A DNA stretch of 59,110 nt, the filler included, from an uncultured virus (IMG/VR IMGVR_UViG_2061766007_001796) (taxonomy: Duplodnaviria > Heunggongvirae > Uroviricota > Caudoviricetes). It is 6 parts of one record of this genome, joined end to end, with 100 filler letters (N's around TTAATTAATTAA, not from the genome) between each part and the next. Parts side by side here need not be neighbours in the genome. Positions count along the whole stretch, not along the records: positions 1 to 2,537 come from IMGVR_UViG_2061766007_001796; positions 2,638 to 19,143 come from IMGVR_UViG_2061766007_001796; 4 more parts are not named here. The stretch is one strand, 5' to 3'. Of the stretch, positions 1-11,197 are shown piece by piece. The position numbers were made by a program, and so were the translations under genes. Under the pieces are notes generated by a model, which saw nothing but the letters and a program-made list of their open reading frames with translations, ran no database searches and had not been told where the DNA came from. The number at the start of each line of letters is the position of its first letter. The stretch's first letter is position 1.

Positions 1-336
1 TGTAGTTGATTATGAGTATTTTTCCACAACGAGTGACGAAGAACCACTTTATTATCGCCAGCACAGCAATATGTTGATGGTTTCTGATTATACCTCTTCA
101 ACGTCTGGCGCTTCAATAACTGTTGGTTCAGTAACTTATCCTTTATATTCTAGTGTATACCCAGTAAACCCNNNNNNNNNNNNNNNNNNNNNNNNNNNNN
201 NNNNNNNNNNNNNNNNNNNNNNNNNNNNNNNNNNNNNNNNNNNNNNNNNNNNNNNNNNNNNNNNNNNNNNNNNNNNNNNNNNNNNNNNNNNNNNNNNNNN
301 NNNNNNNNNNCTAATCTTGACGCACGTCCAGTATAT

Positions 337-2537
337 ATGGCTTTTAGAGGATGGGTAAAGTTAGGACAACATTATTTGTTACCAAATCACGCTAGAGTTT
401 ATAGAGAAGCATACTTCCCAGTTTTTGAAGAACTAGATAGAACTGTAAATTATTACACTTGGAGTAACGCGACAGTTGTTTCTAATAAACAACCTTACGA
501 GCAATTTAGTGGAACACTTACAGTCACATCCACGAAGAACTCAAGAACATATAATAGTTTGGCTATTGGTGCGCTTTCAAGCGTGCCTACAACCATGACA
601 TATACTTATAACAATAAGTATTATACATCCGCTGGTGTGAAAACACTTTACACCTTTACAAGAGACAATAATACTAGCACAAACGGTAAATATCCAATTA
701 CAGTCACCGTAGACGATTGGGCAAACAAAACATACACAATTGAGCAAAAGTCTGGCGTTAGTTATTCGCTTTATACTGGCAAAGAAGTAGATAACGGCTT
801 TTTGAACGCTTTTCAAGTCAAACTTGTTAAGTCAAATAACTTTGGCTCTGAAACATCTTATCCAAAAACTTCTTTAGAGTTATCAAAAATGTCAGAAACA
901 ATTGTTAGCGAAAGCGACACTAATTTTACATTTAATTATGATATTAGCGATGTTACTGAAACTTCGGTTACTTCGATTAGCAAAACCATTACTTCTTATC
1001 ATAAATTGAAAACTGGCGCTGGCAAGTTTGCTAATGTCACTAGAAAAGTATCTTACGCTTTAGGTGACGTTATTAGCGCTAGTGTAGACTTTTCGACAAT
1101 GGGTTCTTTGACTTATGACGACGATACGGTTATTTCTTTAGCCGATGTCACAATCAATTCACAAAGTAAAAGCGCCACCTATGGTAATGACGATACTGTC
1201 TTAGCGCTTCCTCATACTGTTAGCATTGATACACCAGATAATTTCACTATTCATTATACAATGAACCTTGATTACTTTGGTTCTTTATCTTTTGACGACC
1301 TTTGCAATACTGAAGCAAGTGCTCAGATTGGTAGCGTTGTATTAGAAGGCACTAAATCGGTATTCCACCCAGACGAACAGTTTGTCTTTGGCTCTGACGC
1401 TAAAATTAAGATTTACAACGAAGAGAATGTACTTGTTAAAACCATTAACTCAAGTGACTTTAACTTATATATTTCTAATGTCGACGCTAGATATAATCAA
1501 TTAGCGGGCAATTATCTTGCTGGCAATGAGGACAAGGTGCTCGCATTAACTTTTGAATGCTATGGCACTACCTTAACACAATATGTTGCTATCAACTATG
1601 CAACTGGTAGTTTTGCTGTTGATAATTCGACTTTCAAAAGAAGTTATATTTTTGACCCAGAAGACGACGATTTCGAGTTTGATTATACTGGTATAACTCT
1701 TGTTGTTACTAAACACGTTAAAACCGTTAGTGGAGATACTGCCACCGATGTCACAAGCATTGAAACATTATACCCAGTTGATTTAACAATTAGCACTGAC
1801 CCCGCTACCTTAGATTTACAAAATGGTAAATATTACGCAACTTCATTTTCATACTCTTATAGAGGTCAAGCATTTTCAACATCCACTAACATTTGGGCGG
1901 AACCTTTGGTCATCGAAAACGTTGTCGTTAGTGGTAGTGGCAACTCCATCAAGTATTATGACAATGGCGTTGACGTTTTCAAAGAGCCAACTGACCTTAC
2001 ATTTACCGTGGTCTTCAATGACCCATCTCATAATGACCCATTAACTAGCGACGACGTAGATTATTATCGTGACGAGGCTCACACTCAAGTGATAGAAGTT
2101 GGTGACGTCATTAGCAAAAACAACGTTGAAGCAGTAAATGGCACATATAGGATTTACTTCTACTCAAGCACTTATGGAGTAGGTGGATATTACGCTATCA
2201 CATTCGTTGTCGATAAAATTACATCCATTGCTCTTCAAAGTGCTATCAATGTTTACTATGGCAGTTATTTAAAAGACGCAAAAAGTCAAATCACATTTAA
2301 TTGCACGCACGAAAGTGGCAACGTTACAACTTTAAGCGACCCAAACGCTTATTCGTTTGTCAATACAAGTTTAATTATGCCAGACGCAAGCGACAATCCA
2401 CCAAGTGGCAATGTTATGGTTAACATTCCTAGCGAAGACAATTCTCCGTTTGGTATAACAAATACTTCAACGCATGTTAATTGGGTCAAGCCTTATGGCA
2501 AAATGGTGGTTAATTCCGCTAATTTCCAAACAGCGTA
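337..2537 (+). CDS. Large Thr/Ser-rich virion structural protein with probable Ig-like repeats (partial, ends in gap)
   Basis: Open frame of more than 730 codons, beta-rich composition, bacterial Ig-like segments (e.g. FDYTGITLVVT, PTDLTFTVVFND, ITSIALQ); lies in the structural module. Confidence 0.55.
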
Positions 2538-2581
2538 NNNNNNNNNNNNNNNNNNNNNNNNNNNNNNNNNNNNNNNNNNNN

Positions 2582-2593
2582 TTAATTAATTAA
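2582..2593. other. Artificial contig linker TTAATTAATTAA flanked by Ns (also 19188-19199, 32299-32310, 32897-32908, 38274-38285)
   Basis: Identical 12-mer with stops in all six frames, embedded in N runs five times. Confidence 0.95.
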
Positions 2594-2723
2594 NNNNNNN
2601 NNNNNNNNNNNNNNNNNNNNNNNNNNNNNNNNNNNNNTTACAACGGTTGACCACTACAAAAGGTGGAATACCGCTAAATGGAGTTTGTATGCGAGTATGT
2701 GGGCGCTCCCACTNNNNNNNNNN

Positions 2724-2976
2724 GATACCTATGGAAAAGTTAAAGTCATTAGCGAAGATTTCGGTTGATATGATGGGCTTCTCTCTCAACGATTTCAATT
2801 TCAGCAAGATTGACTTTGATAAAAATATTGTCCCAAGGACATATACACACAAGCGAGTATTAGCAAATGTTAAGTTTATTTGCTTCGCATTTAGAAACTA
2901 CAACAGTTCGAACTCCGTGTTGAGTTCACTGGTTGTCACTTATACACTGCCATACCCAAGTTACGGTGGAGATTAG
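2724..2976 (+). CDS. C-terminal fragment of a probable tail/virion protein
   Basis: Open frame ending ...LVVTYTLPYPSYGGD, stop overlaps the RBS (AGGAGG) of the next gene; 5' part lost in gap. Confidence 0.45.
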
Positions 2977-2988
2977 GAGGATTACACT

Positions 2989-3648
2989 ATGAAAAAATGG
3001 CTCAAAACATTATTTATCTCATGCGCACTAGTGCTTACGGGTGCGTGTTTTGTGAGTGCTTATGCAAGCACAAGCAGAGGCGTGTACGCGGAAGGAGAAG
3101 AAACTAGTGAACCAGTAGTGGTAGAAGAAGAACCCGCTGAAGAACCAAAAGAAAACTGGGTTAAACAAACTTATGACACTTATGTGGTTCCGCTTTTTGC
3201 TAGTGTTTCTATTACCTCTATTGGCAGTGCAATCATTTGTATTGTTGCTACGGCTCTTAAAAACAAAGAACTCAACAAAAAATTGCTTGCTATGAATGAG
3301 GCATTCCAAGAACGTATGGAAGAAGCCAATAGAAAGTCAATGCTTGCTGAAGAAAAACTCGCTGAAGCCACCGAAATGCTTGCTCTAGCGAGAGAAGGAT
3401 ATGCATTGATTAAAGAAAGCGACGCTCTTAATAAAGAAACAAAAGAGTTCCTTGTCAGCAATGTTAACTTTATTCTTAATAAACTCGAAGAAAACAGCAA
3501 AGAAATTGCTAAAATCGAACAATTCAAACGAGTTTTGGCTCTTCTTGTTCAACTTCAAACTAAAGTTGCGAAGCAATCTCAAGAGATTGTTAAAAGTGGC
3601 ATTGTTGACGACGTAAATGAGATTGTTGCTTTAGTCAAAGAACTCTAG
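2989..3648 (+). CDS. Membrane-anchored coiled-coil protein (signal peptide, one TM helix, helical C-terminus)
   Basis: AGGAGG RBS; N-terminal signal-like segment, hydrophobic VVPLFASVSITSIGSAIICIVATAL, charged heptad-like tail. Confidence 0.75.
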   Translation: MKKWLKTLFISCALVLTGACFVSAYASTSRGVYAEGEETSEPVVVEEEPAEEPKENWVKQTYDTYVVPLFASVSITSIGSAIICIVATALKNKELNKKLLAMNEAFQERMEEANRKSMLAEEKLAEATEMLALAREGYALIKESDALNKETKEFLVSNVNFILNKLEENSKEIAKIEQFKRVLALLVQLQTKVAKQSQEIVKSGIVDDVNEIVALVKEL

Positions 3649-3693
3649 GAGGTACTTTATGTTAAAGAAGACCACACCTAAACNNNNNNNNNN

Positions 3694-4528
3694 TAGTGAA
3701 GGCAAAGCGGATTATGCAATCGCTGACGAAGATGGTAATAACATTGCTGATACTTATGAAACTAAGACCGACGCTTCCTCTAAGTTTAATACTAATAAAT
3801 CTGAAATAGATAAAATCAAAGACGGTACAACCGTCGTTCCAAAAGCCCAAAAAGACGAAAGTGGCAACAACATTAAATCAACTTATGTTGCCGATATGAC
3901 ACATGCTTTAAGCGGTAGCACAACACAAGTTACTTTATCAATTAGTTTGAGAAACAAATTGGGCGAAGTCGTTTCGACTTTCAACCAAGCCATTGGTGGT
4001 GCGTCTTCAACCTATGCTGGCATTTTAACTTCCGAAGATAAAGTTAAGATTGACGCTATTGCTGGTGACATTGCTACTGCGCTTGCTCAAGCAAANNNNN
4101 NNNNNNNNNNNNNNNNNNNNNNNNNNNNNNNNNNNNNNNNNNNNNNNNNNNNNNNNCAAAACTAATCTTGACACTTTAATGGCTTTATTAGGTAGCAATG
4201 ACGCTGACACAGTTGTTGACACAATCAGAGAAGTTCTTGCTATTTTTGAAAACTATCCAGAGGGTGCAGACCTTGTTGGTGAACTTGCTAAGAAAGTTAA
4301 TGTTCTCGACATTATCAACGATTTAACTAGTGACGAAACCGCTAAACCATTAAGTGCTAAGCAAGGTAAAGTCTTAAAAGGTCTTATCGACGCATTAGAC
4401 AGTGCTAAAGCAAATGCTAGCGACGTCTATACAAAAGGAACAATCGACACTCTCTTAAGCGGTAAAGCCGATAAGAGTGATACATATACAAAGGCTGAAA
4501 TCCAATCTTTAATTGCTGGTTTCGTTTT
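3694..4528 (+). CDS. Tail fibre N-terminal region, allele fragments
   Basis: Near-identical to 6855-6959 and 11198-11937. Confidence 0.75.
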
Positions 4529-4538
4529 NNNNNNNNNN

Positions 4539-5065
4539 CTAAACTCACCACGGTTGACCACTATAAAAGATGGAATACCGCTAAATGGAGTTTGTATGCG
4601 AGTATGTGGGCGCTCCCACTTGCTCCAGCAACTGCAATGACCATCATTAACTGGGACGAATGGTTTGCTAAATCTGGCTTGTCATTGCCGTTTGGCTTTG
4701 CCACATTACTAGCGTCGACCTTACTATCTATCATTGGTATTTGGAAAAAAGACGAAATCGTTAATAAGACTGTTTCAGTGGTTTATTACTTAGCGTTAGT
4801 ATTTACTGGCTTTGGCGTTTCATTCTTATTTTTAGCCAGTTTATACCAAATGATTGGTTATATGATGTTGGCTACCGCTGGAGGTTTGCTTGCCAGTGGT
4901 ACGGTTGACCAAATCAATAAATCTTTAGTTAAACCTAACGTTGCGTTTTACAAAAAACTTATTGAAGAAAACTGCTTAGACGAAAAGTCTAAACGTAAAA
5001 AGCAAAGAGAAGAACAAGCAAGAAGGGAAGCAGAAGAAGACGCTCAGAGACAAGCGACTGAATAA
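4539..5065 (+). CDS. Four-TM membrane protein; true start is the fragment at 3659 (MLKKTTPKLTTVDHYKRW...)
   Basis: The 3659-3683 fragment (RBS AGGAGG) overlaps 4539 (ctaaac); four hydrophobic segments and a charged C-terminus. Confidence 0.7.
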
Positions 5066-5067
5066 TT

Positions 5068-5307
5068 ATGAAAAAGAATAAAAAAGGCATTTTTGAAGGC
5101 AAAAGCAAGTGGATTATTATCTCCACAATCATTTTTGCCATCCTCGGCATTACAGCATTAGTATTAGGCTTTGGTCTAACTTACGGTTTTATGAGCGTGC
5201 TCAAGTGGTTTGGTAGCAGATGGGCAATCTATATTTATATTATTGTTGCTTTATTGGCGTTTTTAACTGTTTGGGTTTATTTCAAAAACAAGATAGGAGA
5301 AGACTAG
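5068..5307 (+). CDS. Small two-TM membrane protein (holin-like topology)
   Basis: 79 aa, basic N-terminus, two hydrophobic helices, tightly packed in the operon. Confidence 0.65.
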   Translation: MKKNKKGIFEGKSKWIIISTIIFAILGITALVLGFGLTYGFMSVLKWFGSRWAIYIYIIVALLAFLTVWVYFKNKIGED

Positions 5308-5308
5308 T

Positions 5309-6536
5309 ATGCTTAATAAAAAATTAAATCTTAAGAAAATCCTTGCTTACGCCTTATTAGGCGCTTTAGTGATTTTTATCGCGTTTTTAAGTTGGATACC
5401 ATTAGACTTTAATATCCAAAATCTTAATGTTGAAAAATGGATTAGCAACTCTCTCATTTGCATGGGCATTATGGTATGTTCCATCATATTGGGTGAAATC
5501 TTGTGCGAAGACAAATTAAAACAACTAGTAAATGGTTTGTATCAAATTGCTCTTAAGGCATATAACGACATTAAAAAGAGACTTCAAGATACTGGTATTA
5601 TTGTTTTCTTTTCCCAATGGTATATTGACTTTAAGGCTAAAGAACTCTTGCGCAAAAAAGAGGGTTATCTTGTTGACCACGGTTTTGACCAACAATGTGC
5701 TCATTTAATTGTGAGATACATTGAGCGTGACGACATCGAAGAAATGTGCAAGGGTGTGTACATTAAAAAGTTAAATAACGGCAAAGAAATCAAGTTCAAG
5801 CGTATTCACGAAGACGAATATGAAGTCTTAAAAGAAATCTTTTCAACCGACTTTATCATTGACGCTCCTAAATACACATATTATTTAAGCGCCTTTGGTG
5901 ATAGTTCAAGTCAATCAGTTCTNNNNNNNNNNTATTGACGCTCCTAAGTACACATATTATTTAAGCGCCTTTGGTGATAGTTCAAGTCAATCGGTTCTTG
6001 AAGACAGCAAGCGCATTGAGAAAAAAGAACGTATGAATAAGACGTTCAACCGTGTGTTTAAAATTACACTTTCATTATTTGTTTCATTTATTTGGGGCTT
6101 GGCAACCGTTAAAGACATCATGGAAGGTGGCGCTAAAGAAGCGGTGGCAAACACTATATCACGCTTTATTGCTTTATTTGGTGGTCTTTTAAGCGGTGTA
6201 TTAACAAGCGTTGTAGCAGTCAAGTTAGCCTCACAAAAATTAGATAATAAAACACAAGTTTTGTCCTTTATGGAAATTGATTATAACACCAAGGCGTTTG
6301 TTCCTAAAACTTATGACGAACTNNNNNNNNNNTGCTAAAGAAGCGGTGGCAAACACTTTGTCACGCTTTATTGCTTTATTTGGTGGTCTTTTAAGCGGTG
6401 TATTAACAAGTGTCGTAGCGGTCAAGTTAGCCTCACAAAAATTAGATAATAAAACACAAGTTTTGTCCTTNNNNNNNNNNCATTGAAGAAGAAATCAAGG
6501 AAGAGAACGACACAGTTATTAAAAAGGAAGACTAGA
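5309..6536 (+). CDS. Membrane protein with N- and C-terminal TM pairs (split over overlapping allele fragments)
   Basis: AGGAG RBS; fragments 5309-5922, 5933-6322, 6333-6470 and 6481-6536 overlap in sequence. Confidence 0.7.
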
Positions 6537-6596
6537 CAAAAATTGTATTTATTTATAAATAACACCCATTCAAAATATCTTTAAGGAGGATAGCGT

Positions 6597-6959
6597 ATGG
6601 CAATGAAAAATATCCAAAAAATTACTACCGAACAAAGACAAACTTTGTTATCAAAAAGTGCTTATGTTTTACCAGACAACCCATCTGATAAGAACTTTTC
6701 ACCGTCACAAATTAAAAGGAAGTTATATGAGGGCTTATTAGTCCTAGTAGACTACACAAACCTTTTAATTGACGCAATCAACGAAAACACCGCTCTTTCT
6801 AATAGTGACATCGAAGCAATTAACAGCAATATCACAACTCTTCTTAGTTACTTCAGTGAAGGCAAAGCGGATTATGCAATCGCTGACGAAAATGGTAATA
6901 ACATTGCTAATACTTATGAAACTAAGACCGACGCTTCCTCTAAGTTTAATACTAATAAA
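6597..6959 (+). CDS. Tail fibre / receptor-binding protein, true N-terminus
   Basis: AAGGAGG RBS; its end (SEGKADYAIADE.GNNIA.TYETK) overlaps the 3694 fragment, which leads into 11198-16015. Confidence 0.75.
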
Positions 6960-6969
6960 NNNNNNNNNN

Positions 6970-9900
6970 TGCTGGTGGCACATTAGCGTTTAATCAATTA
7001 GTGAATAATGGTAACTTTGCTAGTTCAAGTTTAACAGGGTTTTTCTCTGGGAGAGCAACAAGCACTGTGTCTAGTGGTGCTTGCCAAACAGTTGGCACAG
7101 CAAACGATTTCTATATTGAATGGACTTTCAAAACAGTAGCAGGTCATAAATACTTATCTTTTGTTACAGTAAAATGCGACCAATCATATACAAATTATGG
7201 AGTTAGAGTTTATAACTACTTTAATAATCTTGCCAACAACGTCCATACTGATACATTAACGAACACAAGTTATACCACAGTAAGTTTAATGTTTAGTCCA
7301 TCTTCAACCAACAATAATTCTTTATTAAGAATTGTGTGTCCTATTTATGATAGTAATGGTAGCAGTTTTACAAGTAAGAATTGGCAAATCTTTGACCTTA
7401 CCGATATGTTCGGTGGAACTATCGCAGATTATATCTACAACCTAGAACAAGCGACTGCTGGTGCTGGTGTAGCGTGGTTTAAGCGTTATTTCCCAAATAC
7501 CTATTACGCATATAACGCTGGCACATTAGTCAATGTCCAAACAAGTGGCAAAAAGTATGTTGGGTTTAATCAAGCAAAATCAATTACAGTAGGTAGTGCT
7601 ACTTATAGATATGGCGACGCTCTTGTTATTAACTGTGATTTATTACCAGATACATATTATTGTTTAAGTCTTGTTGGTAAAAATGGATATGTTTATTACA
7701 ACAACGAAGTGATTACTACTGGGTGGACACAATTATCTTGTAATGGCAACAGACAATATATTGTTTTAAAAACCATATCGGATTATGGCAAATTGTTAGC
7801 AAGCAAGACTGCTAATGGTTATGTATTCTTAAAGAACAACGCAGATAGTCAAACTAATGAGTTTAGCGATGTCTGCCTTAATTTCCACTACGATGGTGAA
7901 AGAGATGGCGAATACGAGCCATACGGAAGCAACGAATACGCATTAAGTCCTGTTGAATTGCGTGGTATTGCAAAGAAAGACGCACAAGGTAATCTCTACT
8001 TTGATGGTGATAGTTATACACCAGACGGTAAGGTTGTTAGAAGATATGCCATTGTTGATTTAGGTAGTTTGACTTGGTATAGAGCCAAATGGGGAAATAA
8101 TTATACTTTTTTAAGTGGTGGTATAGCGAGTTTAGTGAATTGGAATGTTCCTTATGGCGAATTAGAAAAACGATTTATGGTATCATCAAAGTTTTTAAGG
8201 GCGCAATTATGGGTTGTTGAAAATGGAGATGTTGATAATACTATCACAATTAGAAACTCTGGCGCAGAAGGAAGTATAGAAGTCCGTTGTGATACATATA
8301 CAGACGCTACTGCATTCAAAACAGCAATTTCTGGTATCTATCTCCTTTACGAACTTGCTACACCAACCGAAGAAACCACCGATACCTATCAAGAAACACA
8401 ACAAGTTGATAACTNNNNNNNNNNTGAAAACCAAGCAGTCACTAAAGAACTTAATAAAAAAGCATATATTGATGGCAACTACCAAACAATGTCCGTAGGC
8501 GAAGCAACCGATTTATCTACAACTCGTGTTATTGATAACCCAGAAGATAGTTGCCCACCGATTACAATGGGTGTTACTGGTGGCAATGCCGAAATTAGAA
8601 ATGGCTTGCAAAAGTTCCAATATATGGAAGGCAATAGCATTGTTTTTAATCAATTCTGCGATAGAACAACAGCGTTGACTGCAAGTAGTGGAAATCAACT
8701 ATGGGCGCAAGCAGGAAACGCTTTTAGCATTCCACAAGGTCATAAAGTTTTGTTTGCAGTCCACCAAGATATGACAATTGCAGAAGCGCAAAGAAATACT
8801 TTTCTTGCTTATTATAGTGGTGGAACAGTAGTTAAGCAAAGTGAAGCAAGCAATAGAAACTTGCAAGCAGGAACATATTATTGGATATTTACAACAACTG
8901 GCACATTAACTCATATTGGTATTTGGTTGCAAGGTTATGGTAGTGGAAATGCAAGTTATAGCAATTTCCAAGTCTTTGATTTAACCGCTATGGGATTAGC
9001 AGACATTACTACTTATGACGAGTTTAAATCTCGTTTCCCATTAGATTACTACGCCTATAATGCTGGCTCTATTTTAAGTGCTAAAACCAATGCCTTAATC
9101 AGTAGAAAAAGACAACAATGGGATGAAGTGTGGGAACAATACGGCATAAATGATACAACTGGATTACCAGACGAAACTAGTGGTCAAATAAGAAGCAAAA
9201 ACTTTATTCCAGTTATTCCTAATACCAATTATTATTTCCGTTGTAGCAATTCACCTTATCTTTGGGCATACGCTTATGATGAAAATGGAAATTACATAGA
9301 CCGAATTAGAAAAGATGGAGCAACAGACTTAAAAAATAAGTTTGCTCAAACACCAAATAATTGTAGATATTTGAAAATTAAAACATTAGAAACTACTTAC
9401 CACAATGACATTACCATTTCCGTTTACTTTGAAGATGGCGAAGGATATGACCAATACTATCCTTACGACCCACAAGTAGTTGAATTGCCTAACATTGAAT
9501 TACGAGCCATTGGTGATATTAAAGATATTGCCTATGCAAGTGGTGGTGGTAAGAGAAAAGTTTGGTTAGTAGATTTAGGAACATTAAACTGGAATTATTA
9601 TTCTTCTGGTAGTTATTTTTGGACAAACTTACCAAAAGCACCAAAAAACAAGACATTGAATATGATAATTTCAAATGGTGCTTATACAGTTGTTAAGGAT
9701 GGAACTACAAATAAGTCAATAAAAACTTGGGGTAATACAGACTTGCCTTTAAGAATTGTTATTACAGATAGTTCATTTACGGATGTAACAACGTTTACAA
9801 GTTCTTTGCAAAATGTTTACTTACTCTACGAACTTGCAACCGAAGAAGATTTAACCGAAAACGAAGGCTGGGTTGAAAATGTTGTCGTTGACAACTATGG

Positions 9901-10200
9901 CACACTAGAGTTCGTTACTGACCCACAACAAATCCCACAAGTCAAGCAACCATATTTCATTGAATACACAATTTCGTTGAAAGAGTTTTTAGATGGCGCA
10001 TATCAAAGAGCAAGTGGTAATCCACAAGAAATTGCTTTGGTTGAAGAAGTTGAACAACTTGAAAGTGATTTAGCAAATGGTAATGTTATTCCATTACTTG
10101 CCAACAATTTAAGTACCAAAGTAGTCCAAAACGATGTTGACGCTTTCAACTTTAGAACTGCTGGTGGCTCACTAGAAATCGGTGAAACTTGCAAAGTCAA
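6970..10200 (+). CDS. Tail fibre / receptor-binding protein, allele A (modules out of order across the gap at 8415-8424)
   Basis: Shares scaffold motifs with 11270-16015 (FNQLVNNGNFAS, YFPNTYYAYN.GTLV, NFHYDGERDGEYEPY, RRYAIVDLG.L.W, YELAT) but has different inserts. Confidence 0.75.
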
Positions 10201-10210
10201 NNNNNNNNNN

Positions 10211-11159
10211 TGAGGCGTGGCTCACTGACCATAGTGTTATGACCTTAATGAAATGGGTGTTTGACACGTTAGAGTTTGCTATTATTATGTCGTTTGTTTT
10301 AAGAAAGCCAGTCAAATGGTATTATGTTCTAGTGTTTTATGGCATTGCCATGATATTTGCTGGCTTTATTCATGTGCCTATGATTTTTTATAGGCTATAT
10401 CCTTTTGCGTTTTATTTTCTAGTACCAATACTAGACATGTTTATTGAAGACAAACGTTTTAGTGTAAAGAACTATGGCTTTGAAATGATTAGATTTGTTA
10501 TAGCAATGGCTGTCGTCTTTACGCTTCAAATTATGATTTTTGTAATCAAAAGCGGAAGTTTCACGGTGGAAAGAAAAGATTTTTCTTTGTCTGCCAACTT
10601 TTGCTATGCAATAGAATATGACATTGCCCTATTAGTAATTCTATATACATTAGAATTATTTATACATAGGGAGAAAGGAGACGGCAAATTATGGACGATG
10701 TACCATGGTGCTGGTTTATCTTCCCAGATTTCGAAGAAGAAATCGCGGAGATTGAAACTGACGAAGACACAGAAGAATAGGCTTTTTTGGCTTTACGCTA
10801 AGTTCTATCTTACTCAACTTGGTGCGTTCTTACTTTTAATGGTTTTGCCTTTCTTTTTAGGCAAATTATTTGAGTTCCTAATGATGTATTTAGCATTCGC
10901 GCTTGCTAGATACTTACTTGGGTTCAAGTATTCNNNNNNNNNNNNNNNNNNNNNNNNNNNNNNNNNNNNNNNNNNNNNNNNNNNNNNNNNNNNNNNNNNN
11001 NNNNNNNNNNNNNNNNNNNNNNNNNNTTTATTGGGAGTTGGGTTAGCGGTGCTTCTCCACTTATCTTATAAATACAAAGGCATGTTTCTCTTTGCTCAAG
11101 TTGCTAGACCCGATAAGTTCGCTGAATTATACGTGATTATGGATGGAGCAACTATATAA
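10211..11159 (+). CDS. Multi-TM protein with C-terminal AgrB-like domain, allele 1 (5' part and catalytic motif in gaps)
   Basis: Homologous to 16992-18143; ends identically in DGATI-stop. Confidence 0.75.
10691..10780 (+). CDS. Nested out-of-frame AgrD-like propeptide MDDVPWCWFIFPDFEEEIAEIETDEDTEE (29 aa), allele 1
   Basis: AAGGAG at 10675-10680 then ATG; Cys plus four hydrophobic residues followed by an acidic tail; same length and stop position in allele 2. Confidence 0.8.
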   Translation: MDDVPWCWFIFPDFEEEIAEIETDEDTEE

Positions 11160-11197
11160 CATATATTTTTTAGTATCAATCGCATTNNNNNNNNNNT

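Noticed and set aside
5860..6470. Apparent tandem duplications here and throughout (integrase, RecT, giant protein, amidoligase)
   Set aside because: Near-identical copies are separated by 10-N gaps and are best explained as co-assembled strain alleles
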